From positions 416,001-480,000 of the forward strand of contig CAVUKA010000001.1 in NCBI GenBank assembly GCA_963741945.1: a DNA stretch of 64,000 nucleotides, in the 5' to 3' direction. Position numbers and translations under genes: made by a program. The notes beneath the pieces are model-generated. The model was not told the origin of the DNA and searched no databases. It was given only the letters and a program-made list of their open reading frames with translations. The stretch's first letter is position 1. Every line of letters begins with the position of its first letter. This document shows positions 1 through 10,771 of the stretch, piece after piece. This DNA is from an uncultured Gemmatimonadales bacterium (GTDB taxonomy: Bacteria > Gemmatimonadota > Gemmatimonadetes > Longimicrobiales > RSA9).

Positions 1-949
1 GGTTTCCGTAGCCGCCGTCCCACGCCGCCCAGACCACCGTCCCATCGGCCGTGCTCTTCACGGGCGTGCCGCGTGCCGCACCGAAATCGGTGCCCAGATG
101 GGGGCGGCTCCGCTTGAGGACGGGATGGTAGCGGTTCCGGGAGAAATTCGACGTGATGCGGGGGAAGTCCACCGGATACCGGAGAAAGGCGAGCCGAAGC
201 GACCGGCCATCGGGCCGGAAGTAGTCACCGCCGTCGCCACGGGGATCGAAGTGGATCGCCTCCAGATCACGATCGTGGCTCTGGATGTCGGCGATCAGCA
301 CCCGCGAGGCGCGGGAGGTGCCATCAGGACGCGCCTCCCTCTCGAACACCACGCGGAAAGCGTCGCCGGGTTGCATGTCGTGCGCGAAATCGATTTCCCA
401 GCCGTAGATATGGGCCAGGCTCCAGACCATCCCCTCCCGTTCCTTCAGCGGTAGATCGAGCCCGGGATTGTTCACGATCTCCGAGTAGATGCTGCCGCCG
501 TCGCCCAGGACGCCCGCGATCGCCACGGTGTCCACGGTGACGGGCGTCAGCAGGAGCCGCCCCGTCCATCCCAGGGCGCTCCGCTCCAGACGCACGGTGC
601 TGTCGGCGTTCAGCCAGACATCTACCGCCCTCGGCGTCTGGTCATCGGCCGAGCGGTGCACCACCACGGGGGTGTTCACCCGCACTCGCCGCGGGTCCAT
701 CTGCTCCCGCACGGCCAGGAGCAGCTCGGCCAGGTCCGCGGACAGCCCTGAGCGCCCGAAAACCTCCGACAGCGTCTCGCCTCGCTGGACCACCTGTCTG
801 GCCAGCACTTCCGCCGCCGGCGCGTCCATGACCGGCAGCAACGGCGCCGTGAACGCGGGATCGACCGCGGGGGAAGGGCGCACAACCACGAACCCGGCGC
901 CCAGAAGCCCCAGCAGCCCGAGCAGAATCACTCGGATCCGTATCTTCAT
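1..949 (-). CDS. M23 family metallopeptidase (peptidoglycan DD-endopeptidase), 3' end outside window
   Basis: Manual translation from ATG at 949 (RBS GAGG): N-terminal TM, then RITSNF..RYHPVLKRSRPHLGTDFGAARGTPVKSTADG..GGYGN (HxxxD M23 motif); absent from the ORF track because truncated. Confidence 0.88.
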   Translation of the reverse strand, partial: MKIRIRVILLGLLGLLGAGFVVVRPSPAVDPAFTAPLLPVMDAPAAEVLARQVVQRGETLSEVFGRSGLSADLAELLLAVREQMDPRRVRVNTPVVVHRSADDQTPRAVDVWLNADSTVRLERSALGWTGRLLLTPVTVDTVAIAGVLGDGGSIYSEIVNNPGLDLPLKEREGMVWSLAHIYGWEIDFAHDMQPGDAFRVVFEREARPDGTSRASRVLIADIQSHDRDLEAIHFDPRGDGGDYFRPDGRSLRLAFLRYPVDFPRITSNFSRNRYHPVLKRSRPHLGTDFGAARGTPVKSTADGTVVWAAWDGGYGN

Positions 950-972
950 CAATACCTCGCGATCCCCGCGAT

Positions 973-2310
973 CTAGTCCATCTGGCGACGAATGAATGTC
1001 GGAATGTCTAGGTCCGATAGCTCGTGTTTCGCAAGGGGGCGCTCCGGCGGACGTGGGAACGGCAGCGCTTCTGCATAGCTGCTGTCGACCGATCCGCTGC
1101 GGGGAGGCGACGGCGGGGACACCGGCCGTTCGTGCTGAGTTCGGCTCTCCCGCGGCTCCGGGGCGTGGCGCGGCTCGCGTGCTTCGCGGCCGTAGCCACC
1201 CGTCGAGGCAACCGGGCCATCGTGCGTCGCATAACCGCCACCCACGGCCGCGTATGCGCCGCTGGCGTAGGCGGTGACGCCGCCGGCGGCGGCCATCTGA
1301 CGCTCACGCCCGAAAGCGGGCCGGATCACCCCGTTGACACGCTCTTCCTCCGTCACCAGCCCGGTGGCGATGACGGTGACCCGGACTTCACCCTCCAGCT
1401 CCGGCGCGTGCACCGCTCCGAAGATGATCTCCGCTTCCTCGCCCGCGCCCTCCTGGATGATCGAGGCGATGGTCGTCACCTCGTCGATGGTCAGGTCCAT
1501 TCCGCCGGTGATGTTGATGAGCACGCCCTGCGCTCCGTTGATGGACACGTTGTCCAGCAGCGGACTGGAGATCGCCTCCTGGGCGGCATCCACCGCGCGG
1601 TTCTCTCCCTGCCCGTACCCCGTGCCCATGAGCGCCGGCCCTCGGCTGGCCATGACCGTCCGCACGTCGGCGAAGTCCACGTTCACTTCACCCGTGACGT
1701 GGATGAGGTCGCTGATCCCGCGCGTGGCGTGCAGCAGCACTTCGTCCGCCTTCTTCAGCGCGTCGCGGAAGGACGTCCCCTTCCCCACTACGCTCAGCAG
1801 GCGCTCGTTGGGCACGACGATCACGGTATCCGCGGTGCGCCGCAGCTCGGCCAGCCCCTGCTCCGCCTGGCGCATCCGCTTCTTGCCCTCGAAGAGGAAC
1901 GGGCGCGTGACCACGCCGATCGTGAGCGCGCCCATCTCCCGCGCCATCTCCGCAATGATCGGCGCGGCGCCCGTCCCGGTGCCGCCGCCCATCCCTGCCG
2001 TCACGAACACCAGGTCCGCGCTCTCCAGGACGCGGCGCACCTCGTCGCGGCTTTCCTCCATCGCCTGCCGCCCGATCTCGGGGCGCGCGCCGGCGCCCAG
2101 TCCGCGCGTCAGCTTCTTTCCGATCTGGATCTTCAGCTGCGACTTCGAATGCTTCAGCGCCTGCGCGTCCGTGTTGACGCTGATGAAGTCCACGCCCTCC
2201 AGGTCCTCGTCGATCATGCGGTTCACGGCGTTGCCGCCGCCACCGCCGACCCCCACGACCTTCATGTGCGCGTTCCGAGCAGCGGCTTCCTCGAACTCGA
2301 AGATCATCAT
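973..2310 (-). CDS. ftsZ: Cell division protein FtsZ
   Basis: [20 protein letters not shown] tubulin signature, C-terminal [11 protein letters not shown] peptide. Confidence 0.99.
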   Translation of the reverse strand: MMIFEFEEAAARNAHMKVVGVGGGGGNAVNRMIDEDLEGVDFISVNTDAQALKHSKSQLKIQIGKKLTRGLGAGARPEIGRQAMEESRDEVRRVLESADLVFVTAGMGGGTGTGAAPIIAEMAREMGALTIGVVTRPFLFEGKKRMRQAEQGLAELRRTADTVIVVPNERLLSVVGKGTSFRDALKKADEVLLHATRGISDLIHVTGEVNVDFADVRTVMASRGPALMGTGYGQGENRAVDAAQEAISSPLLDNVSINGAQGVLINITGGMDLTIDEVTTIASIIQEGAGEEAEIIFGAVHAPELEGEVRVTVIATGLVTEEERVNGVIRPAFGRERQMAAAGGVTAYASGAYAAVGGGYATHDGPVASTGGYGREAREPRHAPEPRESRTQHERPVSPPSPPRSGSVDSSYAEALPFPRPPERPLAKHELSDLDIPTFIRRQMD

Positions 2311-2503
2311 CGTCAACCCTCCCTTGGGTCCGTGGGGAGCGGGGCCGCATCGCCCGTCACTCCTCGTGAACACTCATTCCCGTCCTCACGCCAGCTCTCC
2401 GGGCGGCGACGCCGGCAGGCGCCCCACCCATCTATCCCGCTGAAGGCCTCCGCCCTCATCGTTTCCAGCCGCGGCACCGCAGGCGCCACCCGCGCTCGTG
2501 CAA

Positions 2504-3724
2504 TCAGAAGAATTCCCGCAGCCAGGCGAACACCTGGCCCACCACGCCGGGCATTCCGCCGCCTGTGGCCAGACGCGACTCGGCGCCGAACAGCGCGAGT
2601 CCGGTGGCCGTGGCGAAACGCTGCTTGCGCACGGCGTCCGCCAGGCCGCCCAGCCCGGCCCCCGGCACGCCCACCCTCGCGGGCATGCCGAACACGTGAT
2701 GCGCCAGGTCCACGGCGCCGAGCAGCTCTGACCCGCCACCCGTCAGCACCACGCCGGCGCCCAGCTCTTCCGCCTGGCCCGCCCGCTCCAGCTCGGTGGA
2801 GACGAGCTCCAGGATCTCGTCGAGACGCTGCTCGATGATGTGGGCGATGAGCTCGCGGGCGATCTCGCGGCGCGTCCCCGGGTTCGGTCCCGGCAGATCC
2901 ACGGTCTCGCGCGGGTCCACCATCTGTGCGGAAGCGACGCCGTGCTGCTCCTTCGCCCGCTCCGCCTCCGCGAACGGGATCGAGAGACCCTTCACCAGGT
3001 CGTTGGTGATCGCGGCGCTGCCCCAGGGGATCGTGGCCAGGTGCTCGGTCTTGCTGTCCCGGAACACGGCCAGCTCGGTGGTGCCCGCGCCCAGGTCGAC
3101 CAGCGCCACGCCCACTTCACGCTCGTCCTCCGCCAGCACCGCCCGTGCATCCGCCAGGGGCTCGTGGACGAACGCCTCCACCTTGTAGCCGGCTCGGCTG
3201 ACCGCCTTGCGCAGGTTCGCGGTGGCCGTGCCGCTGCACGTGATGATGTAGACTTCGGCTTCGAGCCGGGTGCCGGCCATCCCCACCGGGTCCCGGATCT
3301 CCGCCTGCCCATCCACGCGGTACTCCTGCGGCAGCACGTGCAGCACCTCACGGTCGCTCGGCACCACCACCGCCCGGGCCACTTCGTGTACCCGCTCCAC
3401 GTCCCCCGGCCCGATCTCGCCGCCCCCCACCGCCACCACGCCCGTGGAGACATTGGCGTCAATGTGGTTGCCCGCGATCCCGACGAAGACGCGATCGGCG
3501 CGCACGCCGGCCATGAGCTCGGCCTCCTTCATGGCCGTGCGCACCGATTCCGTGGTCTCCTCCAGATCCGTGACCACGTCGCGACGGATGCCGCCGGTGC
3601 GCGACTGCCCGACGCCCAGGATCCGGTGCACCGGGGCACGCTCCTCCTCGACGCTGACTTCCAGCAGCACCGCGCAGGTCTTGGTGGAGCCGATATCCAG
3701 ACCGGCGACAACGAACGTGCTCAT
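2504..3724 (-). CDS. ftsA: Cell division protein FtsA
   Basis: GLDIGSTK, VDLGAGTT, VLTGGGS actin-like motifs; C-terminal amphipathic WLREFF; between ftsQ and ftsZ. Confidence 0.97.
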   Translation of the reverse strand: MSTFVVAGLDIGSTKTCAVLLEVSVEEERAPVHRILGVGQSRTGGIRRDVVTDLEETTESVRTAMKEAELMAGVRADRVFVGIAGNHIDANVSTGVVAVGGGEIGPGDVERVHEVARAVVVPSDREVLHVLPQEYRVDGQAEIRDPVGMAGTRLEAEVYIITCSGTATANLRKAVSRAGYKVEAFVHEPLADARAVLAEDEREVGVALVDLGAGTTELAVFRDSKTEHLATIPWGSAAITNDLVKGLSIPFAEAERAKEQHGVASAQMVDPRETVDLPGPNPGTRREIARELIAHIIEQRLDEILELVSTELERAGQAEELGAGVVLTGGGSELLGAVDLAHHVFGMPARVGVPGAGLGGLADAVRKQRFATATGLALFGAESRLATGGGMPGVVGQVFAWLREFF

Positions 3725-3726
3725 CT

Positions 3727-4479
3727 TCAGCTCATGGGTGTGGAGAGGAACGAAACCACTACCTGGTCGCGGAACCGGACGTCGATCCGGCGCACACCAC
3801 CGAGGTCGCCCCGCGCGGCGAGATCGGCGTAGGCCAGGCGCAGCTGGTTGAGCTGGGCCTCGCTGGGGACCAGCGGGAGCAGCGCCTCGGCCCGCTCGCC
3901 GCGGAACAGGACCCGCAGCGCGCCGGGCAGTACCTCGATCATGGAGATGCGTTCGGCGAACTCCGGCGCCCGCTGCTCGACCCAGTGGAGCGCCGCGATC
4001 GCCGCCGCGGCCTGAGGGCCGGCCAGACTGTCGTGCGCGACCGACACGCCGAGCAGGATCGGCAGGTCCACGGCCGAGCGCACCGGGTCCATGGCCAGGA
4101 TCCGGCCCCCCGCGTCCACGGCTTTCAGGTCGTCCGCGGCCACGAGGGCCACCGGTTCCACTTCCCTGACCTCCAGCACCACGGTTCCCGGCAGCCGGCG
4201 GTGCGTCCGGGCGTCGCGCACCATGGGGAGTCGCAGCATGCCCGCGCGCCACGCGTCGGCGTCATCGAAGACGCTGGAGGCGCTGTCGATCCCGGACGCC
4301 CGCACCACTGCGTACGGCTCCACGTATCGCGTACCGGCCACCTCCACACGCTCCACCCGGAACGCGCCCACGTGCCGCAGACCCCGCGGAGCCAGCCACG
4401 CCAGTGCGCCGGCGAGAGCGAGCCCGGCCGCCACGACGCCGAAGCGCGCGAATTGCCGCGCCGCCGCACGGATCCTCAT
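3727..4479 (-). CDS. ftsQ: Cell division protein FtsQ/DivIB
   Basis: N-terminal TM, POTRA-like segment, C-terminal IDVRFRDQVVV; dcw position. Confidence 0.9.
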   Translation of the reverse strand: MRIRAAARQFARFGVVAAGLALAGALAWLAPRGLRHVGAFRVERVEVAGTRYVEPYAVVRASGIDSASSVFDDADAWRAGMLRLPMVRDARTHRRLPGTVVLEVREVEPVALVAADDLKAVDAGGRILAMDPVRSAVDLPILLGVSVAHDSLAGPQAAAAIAALHWVEQRAPEFAERISMIEVLPGALRVLFRGERAEALLPLVPSEAQLNQLRLAYADLAARGDLGGVRRIDVRFRDQVVVSFLSTPMS

Positions 4480-5912
4480 GTCCCGGCCTCCTCCAGCCGA
4501 CGGGCCAGCGCGTGGGCGTGGTCCGTGATGTCGCCGGCGCCCATGAGCAGGCAGACATCACCGGCGGCCAGCGCCTGCGCCAGCGCGTCCTCGAGCCCGG
4601 TGATCTCCGGCCGGTACGTCGTCGCCCCGACGCCCGCCTGCCGCGCCGCCGTGGCCACCAGCTCACCCGTGACCCCTTCGATCGGCGACTCCCGGGCCGG
4701 GTACACGTCCGTGACCCAGACCTCGTCCGCGGCCGCAAGTGCGCTGCCGAATGCCCGCCAGTGTTCGCGCGTCCGGCTGTAGAGGTGTGGCTGGAACACT
4801 GCCACCAGCCGCCGACCGCCGAAGCGCGCGCGCGCGGCCGACATCGTCGCCGCCACTTCCGTTGGGTGATGCGCGTAATCGTCGATGACCGTCACACCGC
4901 CGGCGTCCGTCAGCCGCTCGAAGCGACGCTCCACGCCGGCGAAGTGCGCCAGGCCACGGCGGACCAGCTCGGGATCCGCACCGAGGTGCTGCGCCGCGGC
5001 GAGCGCGCCGAGAGCGTTCCGGATGTTGTGAGCCCCGGGAGCGGCCACGGTGAAGTCGCCCTCGGACCGGCCCGAGCGGGTCACATGGAAGTGCGTGGTG
5101 CCGCCAACCAGCTCCAGCCGGTCCGCGCTCAGCATCGCCCCCGGGCCGAGACCGAACGTCAGGACTCGCTCCGCGGGAAGGCGCTCCGCCAGTGCGGCGA
5201 CGCCGGGGTCGTCCGTGCAAAGCGCGATCAGGCCGGTGTCGGGGACGGGCTCGAGAAACGCCAGGAACGCGTCATGGAGCGCGTCCAGGTCCCCGTAGAT
5301 CTCCATGTGGTCCGGCTCGATGGTGGTGACCACCGCCACATCCGGACGGAGCGAAAGGAAGGAGCGGTCGTACTCATCCGCCTCGACCACGAAGAGGGGT
5401 CCGCCCGCGCGGAGCCCGCCACCCCAGCCGGGGAGCCTTCCACCGACGAACGCCGTGGGGTCCATGCCCGCTTCTTCGAGCAGCGTAGCGATCATGGCCG
5501 TGGTGGTGGTCTTCCCGTGCGTCCCTGCCACGGCCACCACCCTGCCACGGTTCACCAGCGCGCCCAGGGCGGCCGCCCGCTTGAGCACGGGGATCCCCCG
5601 TTCCGCCGCGGCCGCCAGCTCCTCGTGCTCGGCGGGCACCGCCGCGGTGGTCACGAGCGCCGCCGCGCCCTCCACGTGCGCGGGGTCGTGCCCCTCGACG
5701 ACGGCAAGCCCCAGGGACCGGAGCGCCGGCGGGATCCCGGCCGGACGCGCGTCGCACCCCGTGGCCTTGCCACCGGAGCGCAGCACGTATTCGGCGAGCG
5801 ACGCCATCCCGGCACCGCACACGCCCATGAAATGGATCGGCGCCCGGCGGGCCAGGCCGAGCAGGTCCAGCTCCGCCGCCCTGGAGGCCGTGAGGAAGGG
5901 CGTCGCGCTCAC
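4476..5912 (-). CDS. murC: UDP-N-acetylmuramate--L-alanine ligase
   Basis: HFMGVCGAGM, AGTHGKTTT, EADEYD, DDYAHHPTE, FQPHLYSRT motifs; GTG start overlapping murG stop. Confidence 0.97.
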   Translation of the reverse strand: MSATPFLTASRAAELDLLGLARRAPIHFMGVCGAGMASLAEYVLRSGGKATGCDARPAGIPPALRSLGLAVVEGHDPAHVEGAAALVTTAAVPAEHEELAAAAERGIPVLKRAAALGALVNRGRVVAVAGTHGKTTTTAMIATLLEEAGMDPTAFVGGRLPGWGGGLRAGGPLFVVEADEYDRSFLSLRPDVAVVTTIEPDHMEIYGDLDALHDAFLAFLEPVPDTGLIALCTDDPGVAALAERLPAERVLTFGLGPGAMLSADRLELVGGTTHFHVTRSGRSEGDFTVAAPGAHNIRNALGALAAAQHLGADPELVRRGLAHFAGVERRFERLTDAGGVTVIDDYAHHPTEVAATMSAARARFGGRRLVAVFQPHLYSRTREHWRAFGSALAAADEVWVTDVYPARESPIEGVTGELVATAARQAGVGATTYRPEITGLEDALAQALAAGDVCLLMGAGDITDHAHALARRLEEAGT

Positions 5913-7039
5913 GAGCCCTCCACGATCCGCAGCAGGTCCGCCGCGATCTCCGCGGCCGCGTCCGGCCGCGCCCGCTGGCGCGCTCGCCTCGTCATTCGCG
6001 CACGCAGCCCCTCGTCGCCCGCCATCTCCGAGACGGCGGCCCAGAGCCGCTCCGGCGTGGCGCGGAACTCGGGGAGCGCCCGGGCAGCGCCGAACGCGTC
6101 CAGCGCCCGCGCGTTGTGCGTCTGGTGGTCGGCGGCGGCCGTGGGCAGCGGCACCAGGATCGCCGGGATCCCCCAGGCCAGCAATTCGGCGGTGGCCATG
6201 GCGCCCGCCCGCGAAATGGCGAGGTCGGCGGCGGCCAGCGCCTTCGCCATGTCGTCGATGTAGCCGAGCGTACGGACCCAGCTCTCCTGCCCGAGCGCGG
6301 TGACCCGGTCGCGCACGCCTTCGATGTGCGCCGGCCCCGTCGCCCACAGGATCTCCAGCGACGGCGGGCGCTGCAGCGTCCCCGCGGCCACACTGTCCAG
6401 CGCCGCCAGCAGGGCTTCGTTCACGGCCCTGGCTCCCTGGCTCCCGCCCACGACCAGGAGCACCATGGCGTCCGGCGAAAGGTCGAACGCGGACCGGGCC
6501 TCCGCGCGGTCGATGCCGAGATCCGGCACCTGGATCGGGTTGCCGTGCTCGTGCACTTCCGTGCGCCGCCCCGGGCGCAGCCGGTCCGCCGCCTCCGGGA
6601 ATCCGAGGTGGACCTGCCGGGCGTAGCGGCTGAGCAACCGCGTCGTGAGTCCCGGATAGGAGTTCTGCTCCTGGAGCGCGATGGGAACCCCGGTCAGGAG
6701 CGCCCACGCGCACGCGGGACCGCTGGCGTAGCCGCCCGTGCCCACCACGAGCTGCGGCCGGAACGTGGCCGTGAGCCGCGCCAGCCCCAGAACGCTGCCG
6801 AGCATCGACGGCAGGAGCCGCCAGTTCCGCCACGGCCGCTCCCGGCGGATCGGCTCGAACGGAAGCAGACGGTGCGGCACCCCTCGGGCCGGAAGAACGC
6901 GCGATTCCACCCCGCGGCGCGCTCCCACGAACAGGGTGGCCGCCTCCGGGCGGAGAGCGCGGACCGCCGCGGCAATGTTCAGCGCCGGATACAGGTGGCC
7001 GCCCGTGCCGCCGCCCGCGAACAGGATCCGGGCGCTCAC
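5909..7039 (-). CDS. murG: Lipid II N-acetylglucosaminyltransferase MurG
   Basis: AGGGTGGHLYP, GTGGYAS, EQNSYPG, GGSQGA, SRAGA motifs. Confidence 0.97.
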   Translation of the reverse strand: MSARILFAGGGTGGHLYPALNIAAAVRALRPEAATLFVGARRGVESRVLPARGVPHRLLPFEPIRRERPWRNWRLLPSMLGSVLGLARLTATFRPQLVVGTGGYASGPACAWALLTGVPIALQEQNSYPGLTTRLLSRYARQVHLGFPEAADRLRPGRRTEVHEHGNPIQVPDLGIDRAEARSAFDLSPDAMVLLVVGGSQGARAVNEALLAALDSVAAGTLQRPPSLEILWATGPAHIEGVRDRVTALGQESWVRTLGYIDDMAKALAAADLAISRAGAMATAELLAWGIPAILVPLPTAAADHQTHNARALDAFGAARALPEFRATPERLWAAVSEMAGDEGLRARMTRRARQRARPDAAAEIAADLLRIVEGS

Positions 7040-8280
7040 CGGCTCCCCCCTCGCGCCCGGGCCAGCGCACGGTCGCGGCGGTCGCTGACGCGGGCGATGC
7101 TGATGAGGATCCCCACCGCGGTCAGGCTCACGATGAGGCTGGAGCGGCCATACGAGAGGAACGGCAGCGTCACGCCCGTGGGCGGAACGAGCGCCAGATT
7201 CACGGCCATGTGCATGAAGCCCTGGATCACGATCAGGTTCGTGACTCCCAGCGCCAGCAGGAAGCCGAACAGGTCGGACGCGCCCCGGGCAATGCGGTAG
7301 CCGATGAGTGCGAACGCGACGAACAGCAACACCAGCCCCGCCACCCCGAGGTAGCCCCACTCCTCGCCCGTCATGGCCAGGATGAAATCGTTGTGCGGCT
7401 CCGGGAGGAAGCCGAACTTCTGCATCCCGCGGCCGAACCCGCGCCCCAGCAGGCCGCCGCTCCCCAGCGCGATCAGCGACTGGTGGATCTGGTAGCTCAG
7501 GTTCGACACGTCGCCGTGCGGGTCCAGGAACGCTTTCACCCGCGCCACGCGGTAGCCCACGTGCGCCACCTGCGACCACACCAGCGGGAGCGCCGCGGCA
7601 CCCACCACAACGAAGTGGCCGGGGCGCGCACCGCCTGCATACGCCACCAGGCAGGCCAGCATCAGGGTGAGCGCGGCGGTGGAAAGGTCGGGCTGGAGCA
7701 GGATCAGCCCCACCACCACGCCCCAGATCAGCAGAAGCGGCGCCAACCCCCTGCTCAGGCTGCGCAGCCGGTCCTGCTTCTTCACCACCAGCGCCGCCGT
7801 CCAGATGATGAGAACGAGCTTCGCCAGCTCGGAGGGCTGGATGCCGACGGGCCCCACCAGAAGCCAGCGTCGCGCGCCGTTCGCCCGCGGGGCCAGCGAT
7901 TCCGTACCGGGCACCACCATGACCAGGAGCATCAGGATCACCAGCCCCAGCAGCGGCCAGGCAAGGCCCCGCAGCCGGCGATAATCCAGCTGCGCCGCCA
8001 GCGCCAGTGCCGCCATCCCGACCACCGCTCCCGACATCTGGCGCAACAGGTAGTAGTGCGGCGGGAGCCCGCGCGCCTGCGCCATGACGGCGCTGGCGCT
8101 GTAGACCATGATCAGTCCCACGGAGACGAGCAGGATCGTGATGAGCAGGATCGCACCCGACTCCCACCCGCGTCCCAGCCTGCTGGGGTCCTGGACCGCC
8201 CGCTGCGGTGCGGTAAGCCGCGAGCCCGTCCGACTCACCCCGCGGCCGCCCGCGGCCACACCCAGGGCTCCCGCACTCAT
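7036..8280 (-). CDS. ftsW: SEDS peptidoglycan glycosyltransferase FtsW
   Basis: Multi-TM; NGARRW, QPSELAK, LQPD, LPEPHNDFI, LPFLSYG motifs. Confidence 0.96.
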   Translation of the reverse strand: MSAGALGVAAGGRGVSRTGSRLTAPQRAVQDPSRLGRGWESGAILLITILLVSVGLIMVYSASAVMAQARGLPPHYYLLRQMSGAVVGMAALALAAQLDYRRLRGLAWPLLGLVILMLLVMVVPGTESLAPRANGARRWLLVGPVGIQPSELAKLVLIIWTAALVVKKQDRLRSLSRGLAPLLLIWGVVVGLILLQPDLSTAALTLMLACLVAYAGGARPGHFVVVGAAALPLVWSQVAHVGYRVARVKAFLDPHGDVSNLSYQIHQSLIALGSGGLLGRGFGRGMQKFGFLPEPHNDFILAMTGEEWGYLGVAGLVLLFVAFALIGYRIARGASDLFGFLLALGVTNLIVIQGFMHMAVNLALVPPTGVTLPFLSYGRSSLIVSLTAVGILISIARVSDRRDRALARARGGSR

Positions 8281-8284
8281 GAGC

Positions 8285-9667
8285 CTAGCCACGCGCCACC
8301 TCGCCGCTGCGCAGCTCCTCCACGAGCGCACCGAACTGGAGCCCGCGGTCCTCATAGTCGCGGAACATGTCGAAGCTGGCGCACGCCGGCGAAAGCAGCA
8401 CCGCGTCGCCGCGCTCGGCCAGCCGGGAGGCCAGGCCGACGACGGCGCGGAACGGGCCATCGGCCCTGTGCACGTCCACACCCCCGCCCAGATCCGCGAT
8501 GATCCGATCCGCAGCCTCGCCGAACGCCACCACGCCCCGCGCGCGCCGGGACAGCGGCTCCCTCAGCGGCGCGTACGACTCCCCCTTCGCCCGACCTCCG
8601 AGCAGCACCACGGTCGGCCGGTCCATCGCTTCAATGGCGACTTTCGCGGACGCCACGTTCGTCGCCTTGGAATCGTTGACCCACAGCACGCCGTCCACTT
8701 CGCCCACCGGCTCGAGGCGGTGCCGCAGCGGGGGGAAGGAGCGAAGACCATCGCGCAGGGCAATCACGTCCCCGGTGACCGCGTGCGCCGCGAGGGCGGC
8801 GGCCAGAGCGTTGGCGCGATTGTGACCTCCCAGCAGCCTCAACTCGTCCTCGCGGACGAGGGTCTGCTCCTTCCCCGCCACTCGCAGCATCAGGCGGCCA
8901 TCCCCCCCCAGCCACGCCCCATCCTCGTCCCGGAACGGCTCGGACTCCACCCGGAACAGCAGTCTGCGGCCGGGCGCACCCCCCGGCAGCGCGAGGACCT
9001 CAGGATCCTCACCGTTCAGCACCCAGGTGCTCTCCGGACCGGCATTGTCGAAGAGGTGGGCCTTGTCCGCGTAGTAGCTGGCCACGTCGGGGTACCGGTC
9101 CAGGTGGTCCGGGGCCAGGTTCGTCAGCACGCCCACGCGCGCCTCGAACGTCTCGATCCGGCCGAGCTGGTATGAGCTCGCTTCCACCACCACCCAGTCC
9201 GGGCGATGGTCCCTCAGCGCCACTTCGCTCAGCGGCAGCCCGATGTTCCCGGCCGCCGGAGCATCCAGACCGGCGGCCTGGAGCAGATGCGCGATCCACG
9301 CCGTCACCGTGCTCTTTCCGTTCGTTCCCGTCACCGCCACCACCGGCGCCCGGAGATGCCGGAACGCGAACTCGAGCTCGCTCGTCCACGGCACGTCGCG
9401 CAGCTCCGGAGCAGTCAGGACGGGAGCCGTGCTCGGGATCCCGGGGCTGACCACCAGCAGATCGCACGCGGCCAGCGAATCCATGCTGTGCCCGCCCGTC
9501 TCCGCCTCGCCGCCCAGGCGACGGATCTCGGCCGCCGCGTCACCGAGCTCGGGCGTGTCACCGGCGTCGGACGCGTACACGGAGAGACCGGACGCGAGCG
9601 CGAGCTTCGCCGCCGCACGTCCGCTGCGGGCCAGCCCGAGGATTCCAACCGTCGCGGGCGCGCTCAT
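8285..9667 (-). CDS. murD: UDP-N-acetylmuramoylalanine--D-glutamate ligase
   Basis: GLARSG, TGTNGKST, DHLDRY, NDSKATN, LLSPACASFDMF motifs. Confidence 0.97.
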   Translation of the reverse strand: MSAPATVGILGLARSGRAAAKLALASGLSVYASDAGDTPELGDAAAEIRRLGGEAETGGHSMDSLAACDLLVVSPGIPSTAPVLTAPELRDVPWTSELEFAFRHLRAPVVAVTGTNGKSTVTAWIAHLLQAAGLDAPAAGNIGLPLSEVALRDHRPDWVVVEASSYQLGRIETFEARVGVLTNLAPDHLDRYPDVASYYADKAHLFDNAGPESTWVLNGEDPEVLALPGGAPGRRLLFRVESEPFRDEDGAWLGGDGRLMLRVAGKEQTLVREDELRLLGGHNRANALAAALAAHAVTGDVIALRDGLRSFPPLRHRLEPVGEVDGVLWVNDSKATNVASAKVAIEAMDRPTVVLLGGRAKGESYAPLREPLSRRARGVVAFGEAADRIIADLGGGVDVHRADGPFRAVVGLASRLAERGDAVLLSPACASFDMFRDYEDRGLQFGALVEELRSGEVARG

Positions 9668-10767
9668 CGGATCTTCAGCGTGCTGAACGCCATGAGCGCG
9701 AACAGGATCCCGAGGATCCAGAAACGGATGATCACTTTGCTCTCCGCCCACCCGCGCTGTTCGAAATGGTGGTGAAGCGGGGCCATGCGCAGGAGGCGGC
9801 GTCCCTGGCCATAGCGCCGGACGCTGTACTTGAAGTAGCCCACCTGGCCGATGACGCTGAGCGCTTCCAGCACGAACACCCCACCCACCAGCACGAGCAG
9901 CAGCTCCATCTTGAGCAGGATGGCCGCGGCCCCGATCCCGCCCCCGAGGGCGAGGGAGCCGGTGTCGCCCATGAAGACCTCGGCAGGGTGGGCGTTGAAC
10001 CAGAGGAAGCCCAGGGCGGCCCCTGCGAGGGCTACGCAGAAGATCGCGAGCTCGCCAGCGCCCGGGATGTACATGAGGCCCAGGTACCGGGAGGTGTCCA
10101 CGCGCCCGATGACGTAGGCGAAGACCGCGAAGGTGGCAGCGGCGATGGCGGCCAGGCCGGCCGCGAGCCCGTCGAGGCCATCACTCAGGTTGACTGCGTT
10201 GGAGCTGCCGGCGAGGACGAGCATCACCCAGGGGACGAAGGCCAGGGGGAGGAACGCCAGGTGCCAGTTGGCGAGGAAAGGCACCATGGTCCACGTCGGG
10301 TTGCGGAGCACGGGGAGGAACAGCAGGGCGAGGGCGAGGAGGAGACCGATCATCCCCTGCCCCACCAGCTTGTATTTGGCGACCAGGCCTTCCGTTCGGC
10401 GCCGGACCACCTTCAGATAGTCGTCCAGGAAGCCCAGAGCGCCCGTCCACAGCAGGGCCACCAGGCAGAGGATCACGTTCCAGGACGTGAGATTGGCCCA
10501 GAGCAAGGTGGAGACGGTGGTCGCGGTCAGGATCAGCACGCCCCCCATGGTGGGCGTCCCCGCCTTCGCCAGGTGCTCCGACGGCCCTTCCTCACGCACG
10601 ACCTGCCCCACGCGCAGGGAGCGCAGCCGGCGGATGATCCAGGGGCCGAGGAGGAACGACAGGACCAGGGCCGTGACCATGGAGCCGGCAGCCCGGAAGG
10701 TGATGTACCGGAACAGGTTGAACACGATGTGGTGCTCAGCGAGCGGCGCGAGGAAGTGGTAGAGCAT
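9664..10767 (-). CDS. mraY: Phospho-N-acetylmuramoyl-pentapeptide transferase
   Basis: KAGTPTMGG, LDDYLK, NLSDGLDGLA, FMGDTGS, APLHHHFE motifs. Confidence 0.98.
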   Translation of the reverse strand: MLYHFLAPLAEHHIVFNLFRYITFRAAGSMVTALVLSFLLGPWIIRRLRSLRVGQVVREEGPSEHLAKAGTPTMGGVLILTATTVSTLLWANLTSWNVILCLVALLWTGALGFLDDYLKVVRRRTEGLVAKYKLVGQGMIGLLLALALLFLPVLRNPTWTMVPFLANWHLAFLPLAFVPWVMLVLAGSSNAVNLSDGLDGLAAGLAAIAAATFAVFAYVIGRVDTSRYLGLMYIPGAGELAIFCVALAGAALGFLWFNAHPAEVFMGDTGSLALGGGIGAAAILLKMELLLVLVGGVFVLEALSVIGQVGYFKYSVRRYGQGRRLLRMAPLHHHFEQRGWAESKVIIRFWILGILFALMAFSTLKIR

Positions 10768-10771
10768 CGCG

